The notes: generated by a model not told the origin, from the letters alone. A stretch of 64,000 nt of DNA from Nostoc sp. DedSLP01 (GCA_034530875.2 JAVRCJ020000004.1:288001-352000); one strand, 5' to 3'. Numbered from the stretch's first letter, positions 48,881 through 60,379 are shown. Translations and numbers: made by a program.

Positions 48881-49078
48881 CAGAACATACCGGAGTAACT
48901 AAGACATGTTCGTTAGTTACTCCAAAACATACCGGAGTAACTAAAATATGTTCGTTAGTTACTCCAGAACATGCCGGAGTAACTAAAATATGTTCGTTAG
49001 TTACTCCAGAACATGCCGGACTAACTAAAACATGTTCGTTAGTTACTCCAGGACATGCCGGAGTAACTAAAACATGTT
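48881..49078. repeat. Tandem palindromic 42-bp repeat, about 4.7 copies
   Basis: Unit CAGAACATGCCGGAGTAACTAAAACATGTTCGTTAGTTACTC with no unique spacers. Confidence 0.9.
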
Positions 49079-49438
49079 AATTGATAAGTTAAGAACAATT
49101 TTTGTGAAAAAAAACTCTAGTTTACTTATTGTTTAGTACTTTTGTATAATTAAAAAAATAATTTATTCAATTAAACTTTAGTTTTACTTATCTAAAAACA
49201 AGAATTAGTAACTAAAATATTTTATGTATAAGTTTAGCTTAAATTGTATTAACTCTAGCTTCTTCTGAACTTATCAAAGGATGAGTTTTTGTAACTCATC
49301 TCCTGAAAATGCTGAATTGATGCAGCGCAGGAAGCTTTGTAATGTTATTTGTTTTAGTGCGTTAGCGTAGCTTACCGTAGGTATCGCTATTTTAGTAAAA
49401 GCGATCGCATTGGTAATATTAATATTTCATCAGCAATC

Positions 49439-50419
49439 ATGAAACACCTTGAAGGTAAAGTGGCATTAGTCACAGGTGCAACGCGGGGAATCGGTCGGGG
49501 AATTGCCATTGGCCTCGGTGAAGCAGGTGCAACTGTCTACGTTACTGGTCGCAGTTTAAACAATTCATATTCTAATGATGATATTTCTGGGACTCTTATC
49601 GAAACGCGATCGGCTGTTGAGCAAGCCGGTGGTGTATGCATTCCCGTCCAAGTAGACCACAGCGACGATGAGCAGGTGCGTTTGCTCTTTCAACGCATCG
49701 AAGACGAGCAAAATGGACGACTTGATTTGCTGGTAAATAATGCTTACTCAGGAGTCAGGGCGTTAAAAAACGCTTACGGACGTCCTTTTTGGGATAGCGA
49801 GCCGAGTCTTTGGGATGCTAGCAACAATGTCGGGCTTCGCAGTCACTATGTCGCGAGTATTTTTGCTGCCCGACTGATGACTAAGCGTCAATCTGGACTA
49901 ATTTGCACCATTTCTTCCTGGGGCAGTATGTCCTATATATTTAATACAGCTTATGGTGTTGGAAAAACAGCCTGCGATCGCCTCGCCGCTGATATGGCTG
50001 TGGAACTCAAGCCCTATAACGTCGCTTCGGTTTCAATTTGGCCGGGTATTGTTGGGACTGAGCTTTTTTCCAGTTTTGCTTCTGAAGCCAATCAAACAAA
50101 TGCAACTGAGCAGATAAGCTCGCTTTTTAGTGACCGTTATAACTGGGAAACTCCGTTATTTACCGGACGAGCGATCGCTAAACTGGCTGCCGATCCAAAT
50201 ATCATGAGTCGTACAGGACGCTTGCAAATTGTTGCCGAACTCGCTAACCAGTATAGAATTGTAGATGAAAATGGCGTTAGTCCTGCGTCGTTACGCTCTC
50301 TACGTTTTGTGCTGCCGGCTGCATTGCCCGTACTGAGAAAATATTCACGGCTCATACCCGATCTTAAAGTGCCGTGGTCGCTGCTATTATTAAATGCTCT
50401 GAGTTCGCCTAAAGTTTAA
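49439..50419 (+). CDS. Short-chain dehydrogenase/reductase (DHRS1-like)
   Basis: TGATRGIG, LLVNNA, YGVGK motifs. Confidence 0.9.
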   Translation: MKHLEGKVALVTGATRGIGRGIAIGLGEAGATVYVTGRSLNNSYSNDDISGTLIETRSAVEQAGGVCIPVQVDHSDDEQVRLLFQRIEDEQNGRLDLLVNNAYSGVRALKNAYGRPFWDSEPSLWDASNNVGLRSHYVASIFAARLMTKRQSGLICTISSWGSMSYIFNTAYGVGKTACDRLAADMAVELKPYNVASVSIWPGIVGTELFSSFASEANQTNATEQISSLFSDRYNWETPLFTGRAIAKLAADPNIMSRTGRLQIVAELANQYRIVDENGVSPASLRSLRFVLPAALPVLRKYSRLIPDLKVPWSLLLLNALSSPKV

Positions 50420-50598
50420 TGGGCATTTGGTGAAATTAATTCTGCGTTATCCCAAACCCTTGTAGAGACGTAGCATTGCTACGTCTCTACTACATTGATT
50501 TTCACTGAATGCTCAACATTGCCCAAAACAAACTATCCTAAAATATATAAAAATTTATATTGTCTATTTAATAAACTTTAATAGTTCTTTTAAAACTG

Positions 50599-52935
50599 GT
50601 GCAAGAAGATTTTCGGCTAATAGTTGATTTAGTTTCAGTTTTGGCGGTTGCAGCGTGTGGCGGACTGTTAGCAGCACTTTTGCGGCAGCCAGTGCTGTTG
50701 GGTTATCTCATTGGCGGCATGATTGTCGGCCCGGCTGGGCTGGGAGTGATTAAAGAAGTTATTCAAGTAGAGACTCTAGCACAGTTCGGGGTGGCGTTTT
50801 TATTGTTCGCTTTGGGTGTAGAATTTTCCTTTGCGGAACTCAAGAAAGTAAAAGCGATCGCTCTGGGTGGCGGTGGACTCCAAATTGCTTTAACGATTTT
50901 AGTCACCGTTATGGTATGCGGGTTAACTGGTGCTTGGGGAACGTTACCAGCTAAGGGCATGTTTCTAGGCTGTATTCTCTCATTGTCTTCGACGGCAGTT
51001 GTCCTTAAGTCGTTGATGGAGCGCAATGAAACAGAAACGCCCCACGGACAAGTGATGTTGGGTATTTTGGTTGTTCAGGATTTGGCGTTGGGATTGATGC
51101 TAGCAGTCTTACCAGCCCTCAACCAACCCGCAGAAACTATTGGCATCGCCATACTAACAGCGCTGGGGTCGATTGCTTTATTTGCCGCCGGCGCAATAGC
51201 AGCGGGGATTTGGCTGATACCGCCTTTGTTGCAACTGTTAGCGCGTACTGAAAGCAAAGAGCTATTTTTATTGGGCGTTGTCGCTTTATGTTTGGGCATA
51301 GCCTTGCTGACAGAGCATTTGGGGCTATCCATTGAAATGGGGGCGTTTGTCGCGGGGTTGATGATTTCTGAGGTGGAATACGCCGACCAAACCCTGACTT
51401 ACGTGGAACCATTGCGAGATATTTTTGCCAGTTTGTTTTTCGCTGCCATTGGGATGTTAATCGATCCGGTGTTTTTGTGGAAAAACCTGGAATTGATTTT
51501 AGTGCTGGTGGCAATAGTTTTCATCGGTAAGTTTCTCATTGTCACCCCCTTAGTAAAACTGTTTCGCTACCCGTTGAAAACAGCCATAATTGCAGGTTTG
51601 GGACTAGCGCAAATTGGGGAATTTTCCTTTGTTCTCGCCAGCGAAGGGCAAGCCTTGGGGCTGGTGTCCCGACGAATATATTTACTGATTTTGGGAACCA
51701 CAGCAGTCACTCTCGTACTGACACCATTTGTCTTGCGGTTAGTGCCATTTTTATTTAGCTTCGCAGAATCAATGCCCTGGTTGAAACCCTACTTAGCAGA
51801 CGACCAGCCACGGGATATGTCAGAAGATTTACCATCAAAAGACCATATAGTGGTTTGCGGTTACGGGCGAGTAGGTAAAAATTTAGTGAAGTTATTGCAA
51901 CAACACGACCTACCTGTGATAGTAATTGACCAATCAGAAAGTAGAATTCAGCAATTGCGCGAAGCTGGTGTATCTTATGTTTATGGCAATTGTGTGAGTT
52001 TACATGTTCTGGAAACTGCCGGAGTGAATCATGCTAAAGGAATGGCGATCGCACTTCCTGACCCCATGAGTACGCGTCTGTGCTTGAAACGTGCTTTGGA
52101 ATTGTATCCAGAATTAGATTTAGTTGTCCGCGCTACCCACAATAGAGATATTGAAGTGCTGTATCAACTCGGCGCCAGAGAAGTTGTGCAACCAGAGTTT
52201 GAAGCTAGCTTAGAAATGGTCACTTATCTATTAACTGGCTTAGGCTTTTCCCCAGCTGTTGTGCAACGGGAAATGCAGCAAATTCGCAACGATCATTATT
52301 TAGAATTGCGGCCGGAACGTTCTGCGACTGAAGTTGCCCAGGATTTGCGCCAAGCAACCCGCGATTTAAATCAGCGCTGGTATCCTCTACCATCGAACTC
52401 GCCGTTAATTGGCATGACTATAGAAGAAGCCGATATGCGTTACTTAACAGGAACAAGTTTGATGGCAATTCGCCGCGCCAACGGCGATGAAATTGATTAT
52501 CCCAGTAATCAGACTCGTTTGGAAGAAGGCGATCGCTTGTTAGTAGTGGGAGCAGATGAAGAACTCGCAGCTTTAGCAGAATTCGCCAAAGGACAAGCAA
52601 CTGTTCCCGGAGAAAATAGTGCTTGTCAATGGGTGAGTGTCAACGCTGATTCTCCAATATCAAGTAAAACTCTTGCAGATTTGGATATTACCAAAAAATA
52701 CAGCGTACAAGTACAGGCAATCCGGCGCGATGGCAAATTTATCCGCTATCCCGAAGGCAGCATAGATTTGCGAATCGGCGACCAAGTATTATTGTGCGGT
52801 AACTTAGCAGGTTTGAGCCAATTAGAACAGTTATTTGGCATCACCAATTCCGCAACCCTTTCTGTCCCAGTGGTGAAAGCTACTGAAGCCGAAGCCCTCA
52901 AAGACTATTTGCCTGCCGATACTATGAAAGATTGA
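50599..52935 (+). CDS. CPA2 cation:proton antiporter (KefB/KefC-like) with TrkA-N and two TrkA-C domains
   Basis: LSLSSTAVV, ILVVQD, LAQIGEFSFVL; VCGYGRVG RCK-N; two AIRR..GD RCK-C motifs. Confidence 0.92.
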   Translation: MQEDFRLIVDLVSVLAVAACGGLLAALLRQPVLLGYLIGGMIVGPAGLGVIKEVIQVETLAQFGVAFLLFALGVEFSFAELKKVKAIALGGGGLQIALTILVTVMVCGLTGAWGTLPAKGMFLGCILSLSSTAVVLKSLMERNETETPHGQVMLGILVVQDLALGLMLAVLPALNQPAETIGIAILTALGSIALFAAGAIAAGIWLIPPLLQLLARTESKELFLLGVVALCLGIALLTEHLGLSIEMGAFVAGLMISEVEYADQTLTYVEPLRDIFASLFFAAIGMLIDPVFLWKNLELILVLVAIVFIGKFLIVTPLVKLFRYPLKTAIIAGLGLAQIGEFSFVLASEGQALGLVSRRIYLLILGTTAVTLVLTPFVLRLVPFLFSFAESMPWLKPYLADDQPRDMSEDLPSKDHIVVCGYGRVGKNLVKLLQQHDLPVIVIDQSESRIQQLREAGVSYVYGNCVSLHVLETAGVNHAKGMAIALPDPMSTRLCLKRALELYPELDLVVRATHNRDIEVLYQLGAREVVQPEFEASLEMVTYLLTGLGFSPAVVQREMQQIRNDHYLELRPERSATEVAQDLRQATRDLNQRWYPLPSNSPLIGMTIEEADMRYLTGTSLMAIRRANGDEIDYPSNQTRLEEGDRLLVVGADEELAALAEFAKGQATVPGENSACQWVSVNADSPISSKTLADLDITKKYSVQVQAIRRDGKFIRYPEGSIDLRIGDQVLLCGNLAGLSQLEQLFGITNSATLSVPVVKATEAEALKDYLPADTMKD

Positions 52936-53029
52936 GGAACTCCAATTCAAGAGGCAGGAGATAGAAGGCAGGGGAGGCAGGGGAGGAAAAATTCGCTTGT
53001 GGTTTTCGTTCTCAAAGTTGAATAAATTA

Positions 53030-53181
53030 ACGTGAATTCGACGGTTTATATAGTGTCCGTATAATTAGCCAAATAAACAACCTCTCCCTGGTTTTACTAC
53101 CTAAAACCGTCCCTCTCCGATTCGGAGAGGGACAGACTTGAACACTAGTTCAAGACAGGGAGAGGTTCGTCGAACTCACGT
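53030..53181. mobile_element. MITE sharing termini with the IS982 element at 62110-63198
   Basis: Ends ACGTGAATTCGACG / CGTCGAACTCACGT; internal hairpins GTCCCTCTCCGATTCGGAGAGGGAC and AACCTCTCCCTG/CAGGGAGAGGTT. Confidence 0.8.
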
Positions 53182-53269
53182 TAATTTAATTTCTGTAATT
53201 CCCCAAAAATAAAAATTCAGAATTCCAAATTCTGACTCCTGAATTCTGAATTCTGAATTCTCTCCTATA

Positions 53270-53920
53270 TCAATGAAAATTAGAATTGTGGCGGATTAAA
53301 TTCATAAATTCCTGGCGAGTTAGCCGATCTTCTGCAAAAACACCGCGCATCGCACTAGTAACAGTCCAAGAACCGGGTTTTTGTACGCCGCGCATTACCA
53401 TACACATGTGGGTTGCTTCTATCACCACTGCAACCCCTTGGGGTTTGAGTAATCCTTGCAATGCATCGGCAATTTGTACCGTCAGACGTTCTTGCACTTG
53501 TAAACGCCGTGCATACATTTCACAAATACGAGCAATCTTTGATAGTCCTATGACTTTACCATTAGGAATGTAAGCAACATGGGCCCGGCCGATAATTGGC
53601 AGAATATGATGTTCGCAGGAACTGAAAATATCAATGTCCCGAACCAAAACCATTTCGTTGGCATCTTCTGTAAAGACTGCTCCATTTAAGAGTTCATCCA
53701 AAGACTCATGATATCCTTTGGTGAGAAACTGTAACGCTTTCATCACTCTTTTCGGAGTATCTTTTAGTCCTTCACGGTCTGGGTCTTCTCCTAATCCAAT
53801 CAGCAAAGTACGTACAGCCTGCATCATTTGGGCTTCTGTAACAGTCTGCTGTGGTTCAGTTGCTATAGATGACAGTTTGCGATCGGCTGAACTTAGCTCG
53901 GGACGAATTGATAAAACCAT
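53270..53920 (-). CDS. folE: GTP cyclohydrolase I
   Basis: [32 protein letters not shown]. Confidence 0.96.
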   Translation of the reverse strand: MVLSIRPELSSADRKLSSIATEPQQTVTEAQMMQAVRTLLIGLGEDPDREGLKDTPKRVMKALQFLTKGYHESLDELLNGAVFTEDANEMVLVRDIDIFSSCEHHILPIIGRAHVAYIPNGKVIGLSKIARICEMYARRLQVQERLTVQIADALQGLLKPQGVAVVIEATHMCMVMRGVQKPGSWTVTSAMRGVFAEDRLTRQEFMNLIRHNSNFH

Positions 53921-54057
53921 TTTGTCAGTTGTGTGGGAATGTTTAGCAAATCAGTTCTTTGTCAGATGTTTATTGTCATCGACTCCTGACTCGTAAAAAA
54001 TTTTAACATACGTTTATATTTCTTAATCAAGCAAAATATCTTGTCGATAACAAAATC

Positions 54058-54454
54058 AGGACTTACGCGACTTTTGCAGACTCAAAAACTAAGATTGTCT
54101 TGTTTTACGTTCATTGAGAGGGTGTGAAACAGAAAAAGTTGTGTTTGCTGTAGGTCTTATGTCTTTGGATCGAACTCAAACTGTTGAAATTTGCAATATA
54201 ATAATAGTGATTTTTAGTCAATATCTGATCGCCCGAAATTAGGAAAATATTTTTGGCGATCGCTTTTAATTTTCTCTAACAAAATCAAAAGATTTGCTCG
54301 ATAGCAGCACTAAATTTTTGCAATGCGATCGAGCCATAATTAGTTCTACAAATGCAAATCCAGCCGTTCCAGAGTAAGAAATATAAGCAAGTAATTCTTA
54401 CTAAGTTATTTTGATAAATTTTGACAAATATTTAATGCTGTATGCCCCAGTCCT
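54058..54454. mobile_element. Possible degenerate IS remnant
   Basis: Ends AGGACTTACGC / GCCCCAGTCCT around non-coding sequence. Confidence 0.35.
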
Positions 54455-54962
54455 AATACTGAAGTTTTAGTTTAAATTTTTTCAAAATAGCCGTAATCAA
54501 TCATTAACTATTGTTACAGCTGCTGGCTGCTCTTTTCGGCGCACCTGCGGCTGATTTAGTTACAATCTCAGTTACAAGGTGACTATGGACAAGAAGATTC
54601 TCAACCCTCTGAATCTTCTCTCAGTACAAGTGAGGGCAGTGGCGACAGTGGAGGCACATAAGGAACTTCCTTCACAAGTGGGGAAAAAAGCAAAGGGGAA
54701 AGAGAAGATCCTCCCTTTCCCCTTATTAGGTTAAACTTCTGACTATTTAATAGACTTCTTGCTCTTATTCGGGAAAAGGGTAAGGGGGAAAGGGTAAAGG
54801 GATAAGAAAAAACCCTTTCCCTTTTACATGCATCCCTTTGCCCCAAGAGTGCAAAAAGAGTTTTGCACTCTTACTTCATGAGTTGCGCTCACAAGGAACA
54901 ATGAAAATTTCTTTTCCTTATTCCCTACTTCCCATTCCCTACTCCCTATTTTCAAGCTAGAT

Positions 54963-56675
54963 CTAATAATGAGTGCCGGTTTTGCGATGGTTGATGGCAG
55001 TAACAGCATCAGGCTTGAGTAACTTACCTTCATCAACAGTTGCATAGACAACCCAGTGATCGCCACATTCCAGACGTTGCTTAACCGAGCATTCTAGATA
55101 TGCTGATGCGTCGGTGAGAACGGTACAGCCGTTATCTGCAACTGCTGTGTTGAAGTTAGCAAATCTATCTTCCCCAGGGGCAAAAGATTTACGGAAATGC
55201 TTCATGTAATCTTGATGGTTGCCTTCGGGTAGGATATTCAAGGCAAATTTACCGCCAGGATACATTAAAGATTCGATCGCTCGATCTTTGGCGATCGCTA
55301 CTGTAAGTCCTGGTGGATTAAAGGTAGCTTGAGAAACCCAAGCGCCTAACATCCCAGTAGATACTTCTCCCTGCTTGGCTGTCAGCACGCAAACGGAACC
55401 AACAATTCGACCCACAGCTTGTTCCACTGGAGTTGCAGCTTGTTGGGGTACGCGCACTTTTTTCGCCTTTTTCAATGCTTGGGCAAAATCTGTGCCTACT
55501 TCTTCACAGAATTTGAGAGTTACATCATCAGGTTTAAATTTCACCTTCAGAGTCTCAAATCCCAAACGATATCCCGCATCGCGGAGTTTACCTTCAATTA
55601 AATCGAATGCTTCGCCACTCCAACCATAGGAACCAAACACTCCAGCCAGTTTGCTGTTATCACCGCTAGATAACACAATACCTAAAGCAGTATGAATGGG
55701 AGTCGGTGCATGGCCGCCGATGGTGGGAGAACCGATGATGAAACCATCTGATTCTTGTAAGTTGATGCGAATTTCATCGGGGGTAGCAAATTCGCAGTTA
55801 ATCGATTTGACTGCAACTCCGCCTTTGGTCAGTCCTAAAGCGATCGCTTGTGCTAAAGTTGCGGTATTTCCGTAAGCTGAAGCATAAAGTAAAGCCACGG
55901 AAATTTCGCGATCGCTTTGAGAACGGCTCCATTCTCCATAAGCTTTGGTCAGTTCGATTAAACCGGTACGTACTAAAGGCCCGTGACCCACAGCATACAT
56001 TCTCACCTGCAAATCTGATATTTTCTCCAAAGCCGCTTGCACGTGGGCAGCTTGGGGAGCCATCAGGCAGTTAAAGTAGTAACGCTGGTCTTCTTTAAGC
56101 GCTTCAGAATTATCATCAAACGCCTCATCACCACAGATATGAGTGGCAAATAACTTATCTGTGTAGAGAATTTGGGTTTGCTGGTCGTAGGTACAAAGTT
56201 TTTCCGGCCAGCGTGGACTGGGAGTCGGAAGGAACTTCAAAACATGACCTTTCCCTAAATCCAGAGTTTCTTTCCCCCGCATCACCAAGACTTGTAAATC
56301 CCGGTCTAGGAAAGCAGCACGCAAATTGTTAGCACCAGGAAGAGAACAAACAAAAGTTACCTGTGGTGCCAGTTCTAAAATTGCTTTGAGAGTTGCAACT
56401 CGGTTGGGATTAAAGTGACCCAAGATTATATAATCCAAACGTGTCAAATCTAAAGTCTGCCGCAACGCCTCTAAATAAATTTCGGTAAAACTTTCTGGCG
56501 GTGGATCGATGAGTGCAGTTTTATCAGCTTCAATTAAATAGCAATTGGAGGTAGTACCTCTTTCAAGTGCATATTCAATTTCAAACCGCAGACGCGACCA
56601 ACTACGTGCCCTGAGAGCTTTGGTATTTGTAGCAATTGGTAAAACTTGTACGTCGCGTGGCTTGGAATCGATCAT
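54963..56675 (-). CDS. flv1B: Flavodiiron protein Flv1-type (likely heterocyst Flv1B)
   Basis: Beta-lactamase-like domain with non-canonical HFNPNR, flavodoxin YASAYGNT, flavin reductase C-terminus (ECGDHW); downstream of Flv3-type gene. Confidence 0.75.
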   Translation of the reverse strand: MIDSKPRDVQVLPIATNTKALRARSWSRLRFEIEYALERGTTSNCYLIEADKTALIDPPPESFTEIYLEALRQTLDLTRLDYIILGHFNPNRVATLKAILELAPQVTFVCSLPGANNLRAAFLDRDLQVLVMRGKETLDLGKGHVLKFLPTPSPRWPEKLCTYDQQTQILYTDKLFATHICGDEAFDDNSEALKEDQRYYFNCLMAPQAAHVQAALEKISDLQVRMYAVGHGPLVRTGLIELTKAYGEWSRSQSDREISVALLYASAYGNTATLAQAIALGLTKGGVAVKSINCEFATPDEIRINLQESDGFIIGSPTIGGHAPTPIHTALGIVLSSGDNSKLAGVFGSYGWSGEAFDLIEGKLRDAGYRLGFETLKVKFKPDDVTLKFCEEVGTDFAQALKKAKKVRVPQQAATPVEQAVGRIVGSVCVLTAKQGEVSTGMLGAWVSQATFNPPGLTVAIAKDRAIESLMYPGGKFALNILPEGNHQDYMKHFRKSFAPGEDRFANFNTAVADNGCTVLTDASAYLECSVKQRLECGDHWVVYATVDEGKLLKPDAVTAINHRKTGTHY

Positions 56676-56689
56676 AGGTGTTGAGTGAG

Positions 56690-56820
56690 GTAGGGGAACA
56701 GGGAATGGGGAATGGGGAATGGGGAATTGGGAATTGGCAATGGGGAATTGGGTGGGAAGATTTTTTTAATCTCCCTCATCTCCCCCTACTCCCCACTCCC
56801 TACTCCCTACTCCCTATTCC
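56690..56820. repeat. STRR heptamer tracts in opposing orientation between flv genes
   Basis: GGGAATG/GGGAATT runs then CTCCCTA/CTCCCCA runs; similar tracts at about 4262-4431, 6556-6587, 7440-7566, 43838-43870, 53215-53260. Confidence 0.85.
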
Positions 56821-58539
56821 CTAGTAATAATTTCCAACTTTGCGATGACGAACGGCGGTCAGTCCGTCGGCCTTGGAGACACGACCCTCTTGGACGGTGC
56901 AGTATAGAATCCAGTGGTCGCTGCATTCCATGCTGCTCTGTACTTCACATTCCATGTATGCTAGGGCATCAGTCAGAATTGGGGAGCCGTTTTTGGCGGT
57001 TTGAGTTTTCACCCCTGCAAATCTGTCAGCACCAGGATGCAAGCGTTTGAGGAAGTGCTTTTTCAGTTCTTGATAATTGCCTTCTTCCAATACGTTGAGG
57101 ACGAAGCGATCGCCTACTTGCATTAAGGAGTCTATGGCGCGGTCTTTGGCGACGGCGATTGTAAATCCTAGTGGTTGCAAGCTCGCTTGTGTCACCCAAG
57201 AAGCTAGCATAGCACTGCTGACATCACCTTTTTTGGCGGTCACAATATACAGTCCGTTGCTAATCCGACCGAGTGCTTTTTCGAGGTTGACATCAAGGGA
57301 TTTGATTTGCTTGATGTTGCGATCGCGCACTAGCAATTGTCCCAAGTCTGTACCCGCTTCTTCACATAATTGGAATGTGGATGCAGTAGGAGTTTCTTTA
57401 ATCCGAATGGCGGGGAAGGCTTCTTTTACACCCGAGTCGATAAACTTTCTCCGCAGTGTATCGATGGGTTCGTCGTCTCCACCGTAGGATTCAAATAGCC
57501 CAACTACTTGCTTGTTTTTGGCTACAGCTAACAGAGAACTAATGCTGGCTTGGGCGGCTGCATCGGTGCTGGGTGGCATACCAATAATGATGCCAGAGGC
57601 TCTACCTGCTAGTTCTTGGATTTCTTGGCTTTGGGCAGTATTAAGATCCAGAACTTCCACACCAACGCCGGTTTTCTGGATTCCTTCGGCAATTGTGTGG
57701 GCAAGGCGATCGCTATGTCCGTAACCTGAGACAAAGAACAAGCCAACTGTTGTTTCTGCTTTAGCTTGTCTGTGGCTCCAAGTTTCGTAGCATCCAGTTA
57801 GAACATCTAAATGATGATGTAATAAAGGCCCGTGACCGTTGGCGATAATATCGATTTTCCCTAGTTCGCCCATTCTCTTCATAGCATTCAAGAGAGAACG
57901 AGCGTTAGGCCCCATCAAGCAGTCGTAGTAAAATCTAAAGTCAGCTTCGATCGCTTCTAAATCTTCGTCAAAGGTGCGATCGTCGCAAAAGTGCATCCCA
58001 AAAGCATCGCAGGTATAAATAATTTGGGTTTTGCGATCGTAGCTAAAGATTGTGTCCGGCCAGTGGAGGTTCGGCGCACTCACGAATTCGATTTCGTGTC
58101 CTTTACCGATATCTATGCGATCGCCACTTTTGACAATCCGTTTAGAAAATGGATCGTGGACTAAACCTTCTAAAAATTGCAACGCAACTTTAGAAGCTAA
58201 AACAGTGGCTCTCGGCGCTAACTGAAGCACATCTTCCACTAAGCCGCTATGGTCTGGCTCTGTGTGACTAACAATTATGTAATCGATTGTCTTGGGATTA
58301 ACAAGACTTTTTAAGGTGTCTAAATACAGCTGGCGAAACTTCTGGTGAGAAGTATCAATCAAAACTGTTTGTTCGCCCCTAATTAGATATGAATTGTAGG
58401 TTGTACCATTTTGCAGTCCGAATTCGATATCGAAGCGATCGCGATCCCAATCAAGAGAGCGAATCGCCGTTGTATTAGGGGCAATTTCTACAGTTTGTAT
58501 AGTTAGCCGATGTTGAACGTTCTCTGCGATCGCTACCAT
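56821..58539 (-). CDS. flv3B: Flavodiiron protein Flv3-type (likely heterocyst Flv3B)
   Basis: HTEPDH, LHWPD, CDAFGMH, NGHGP diiron ligands; flavin reductase C-terminus. Confidence 0.78.
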   Translation of the reverse strand: MVAIAENVQHRLTIQTVEIAPNTTAIRSLDWDRDRFDIEFGLQNGTTYNSYLIRGEQTVLIDTSHQKFRQLYLDTLKSLVNPKTIDYIIVSHTEPDHSGLVEDVLQLAPRATVLASKVALQFLEGLVHDPFSKRIVKSGDRIDIGKGHEIEFVSAPNLHWPDTIFSYDRKTQIIYTCDAFGMHFCDDRTFDEDLEAIEADFRFYYDCLMGPNARSLLNAMKRMGELGKIDIIANGHGPLLHHHLDVLTGCYETWSHRQAKAETTVGLFFVSGYGHSDRLAHTIAEGIQKTGVGVEVLDLNTAQSQEIQELAGRASGIIIGMPPSTDAAAQASISSLLAVAKNKQVVGLFESYGGDDEPIDTLRRKFIDSGVKEAFPAIRIKETPTASTFQLCEEAGTDLGQLLVRDRNIKQIKSLDVNLEKALGRISNGLYIVTAKKGDVSSAMLASWVTQASLQPLGFTIAVAKDRAIDSLMQVGDRFVLNVLEEGNYQELKKHFLKRLHPGADRFAGVKTQTAKNGSPILTDALAYMECEVQSSMECSDHWILYCTVQEGRVSKADGLTAVRHRKVGNYY

Positions 58540-59923
58540 TATTCGTCTCCGAGCGCAAATTATCAGATTATTCTGTCCCCATTATCCTTATAATTTTTTT
58601 TTTAAGTTGTAATGAATATTAGTTTTTGGAATTTTTAACTTGTATTAATTATTGCTGTTTATGGGCATTTTTTTTAACTCAAAAAATACACTAACTATTA
58701 ATTTATCCATAAAAAATACTGAGTATTATATTTTGCTTTTTTAGTAAGCTCTAATTACAAAATACCACATACATAATATTTTGTGGACAGACAATCTGAA
58801 AAAATTACAAAGTTATTGCCAACCTATAATTACGTTATTAAGCTATTTCTCTTTGAAGTTGCACAGTCGCTTCCTTAGTTTGTTGACTGATGACGGTTAA
58901 CTGTCAACCATCATCAGTTAACAACCAATATGAGAAAATATGCAATTTAAATGTGTGACAGCTTATAATTTTCTGGAAAAATATATATAAATATTCAAGA
59001 TATATTCAAAAACAAAAATTTATTCTGTTATGCACAATATTAGGCAATAGTAAATTCTCATTTATTATTTCTGAGGTAATAGATTAAATAAGATTTTCCT
59101 TCATAATAAATTTTATCTATTTAAGTTATATGAAATCTCTCTTTAAATTGACCCTCATCCAAGGTAAACTTTCTTGGTATATCCTCAGATTATAAGTCTA
59201 ATATTATTTTTTTTGAAATAAATAGGTAAGAAAAGTAAGAAAGGTAAGAAAAGTAAGAAAGGTAGAAATGAGACAAAAAATTGATTATAAAATATGTATG
59301 ACAGGACATAATGGCTGATTTGCAGTACTTTCAGCAATCGATATCAAATATTTTTTATCTCAAGTAAGAATCTTATTACATAAAATGTGAATTTTATGTA
59401 AACTATAAAAAACAGATATTTTTTAGGAGATGGTCAAAGTTGATTTTCTTAGGGCAGTCAAAGAAAAAACTGGGATTGTATATCTTTGTTTTGTTCGCCT
59501 TAGCTGAAAATAACAAAGAGATACTTTTTAAAGTTTTCATAAATGCTTAGACAAATGCGAAGATATCAAAAATTTTAATGATACAGTTTCTTGTGTTAAG
59601 CATTAGGTAGAAACCAGGGTAACACCAATAAATTATTAACCTTGTAGCTATCAGCCTCGGCATATAGCTATGGAATAAAAAAAACGATACAGGGTAGACC
59701 TGTATTTATTGACATACCTACTAAATCGTCACAAAAAAATCCCAACTTTAAAAATGTTCTCCAGCCAAAATTTTATGCGTACAACCATCGGACTAAACTG
59801 TTGCATACTTAATACTCACTATTTTCTCACTCGGGCATTATTTTAGATGTATGCCTTAGCAAATGTAGAAGTCAAATCGAACAAAAAATTGCCAAAAAAT
59901 GACTGCGTAAAAGGTTATTATTT

Positions 59924-60379
59924 ATGGGATGCAGGTTGAAAATTTTTCTAACTCAAGAAGAAAAACTGACTCTAGAAGAGCTAAGAAAAGCAAAAGATGT
60001 TCCTCAACGTACTAAGGATCGTGCCCAAGTTTTACTGTTGAATGCTCGCGGTTTAAAAAATGAGCAAATTGCTAAAGGTTTAAACTGGGCGATTTCAACA
60101 GTACGTCAAACCCTTCATCGTTGGGAAAAGTCAGGGTTAGCAGGCTTGTGGGATGCACCTGGTCGGGGAGGAAAACCCCGATATTCCGAATCAGATTTGA
60201 TTTACTTAGAATATTGCTTGGCTCAAGAAGCAAAGGCTTATAATTCTAGAGAGTTAGCACAAAAACTCGCATCTGAACGTCAAGTAAATTTAAGTGCAGA
60301 TCGACTACGGCGGGTACTTAAAAAAAGGCAAAGAACGTTTGGAGATGTAGCCAAACAACTCCAGAAGCAGAATAGTTAA
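59924..60379 (+). CDS. IS630-family transposase N-terminal HTH only (no DDE domain)
   Basis: VPQRTKDRAQVLLL, TVRQTLHRWE..GL.GLWDAPGRGGKP, LRRVLKK ending at A7G (60320-60327); other frames stop within about 20 codons. Confidence 0.7.
   Translation: MGCRLKIFLTQEEKLTLEELRKAKDVPQRTKDRAQVLLLNARGLKNEQIAKGLNWAISTVRQTLHRWEKSGLAGLWDAPGRGGKPRYSESDLIYLEYCLAQEAKAYNSRELAQKLASERQVNLSADRLRRVLKKRQRTFGDVAKQLQKQNS

Noticed and set aside
48881..49078. Second CRISPR array
   Set aside because: Units are contiguous with no unique spacers; this is a tandem repeat.
53270..53920. folE as part of a dpd (preQ0) island with dpdE
   Set aside because: 14.6 kb away among housekeeping genes, with no queC/D/E or dpdA seen; ordinary folate/pterin role is simpler.
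54460..54846. Small ORFs or decayed secreted peptide near flv1B
   Set aside because: Frames are broken by stops or built from purine-rich heptamer repeats; insufficient support.
56712..57050. 112-aa ORF starting MGNGELGIGNGELG
   Set aside because: Translation of STRR heptamers plus antisense of flv3B.
59225..59268. 9-mer tandem repeat (G/A)GTAAGAAA as iterons
   Set aside because: No replication initiator nearby; likely a simple repeat.
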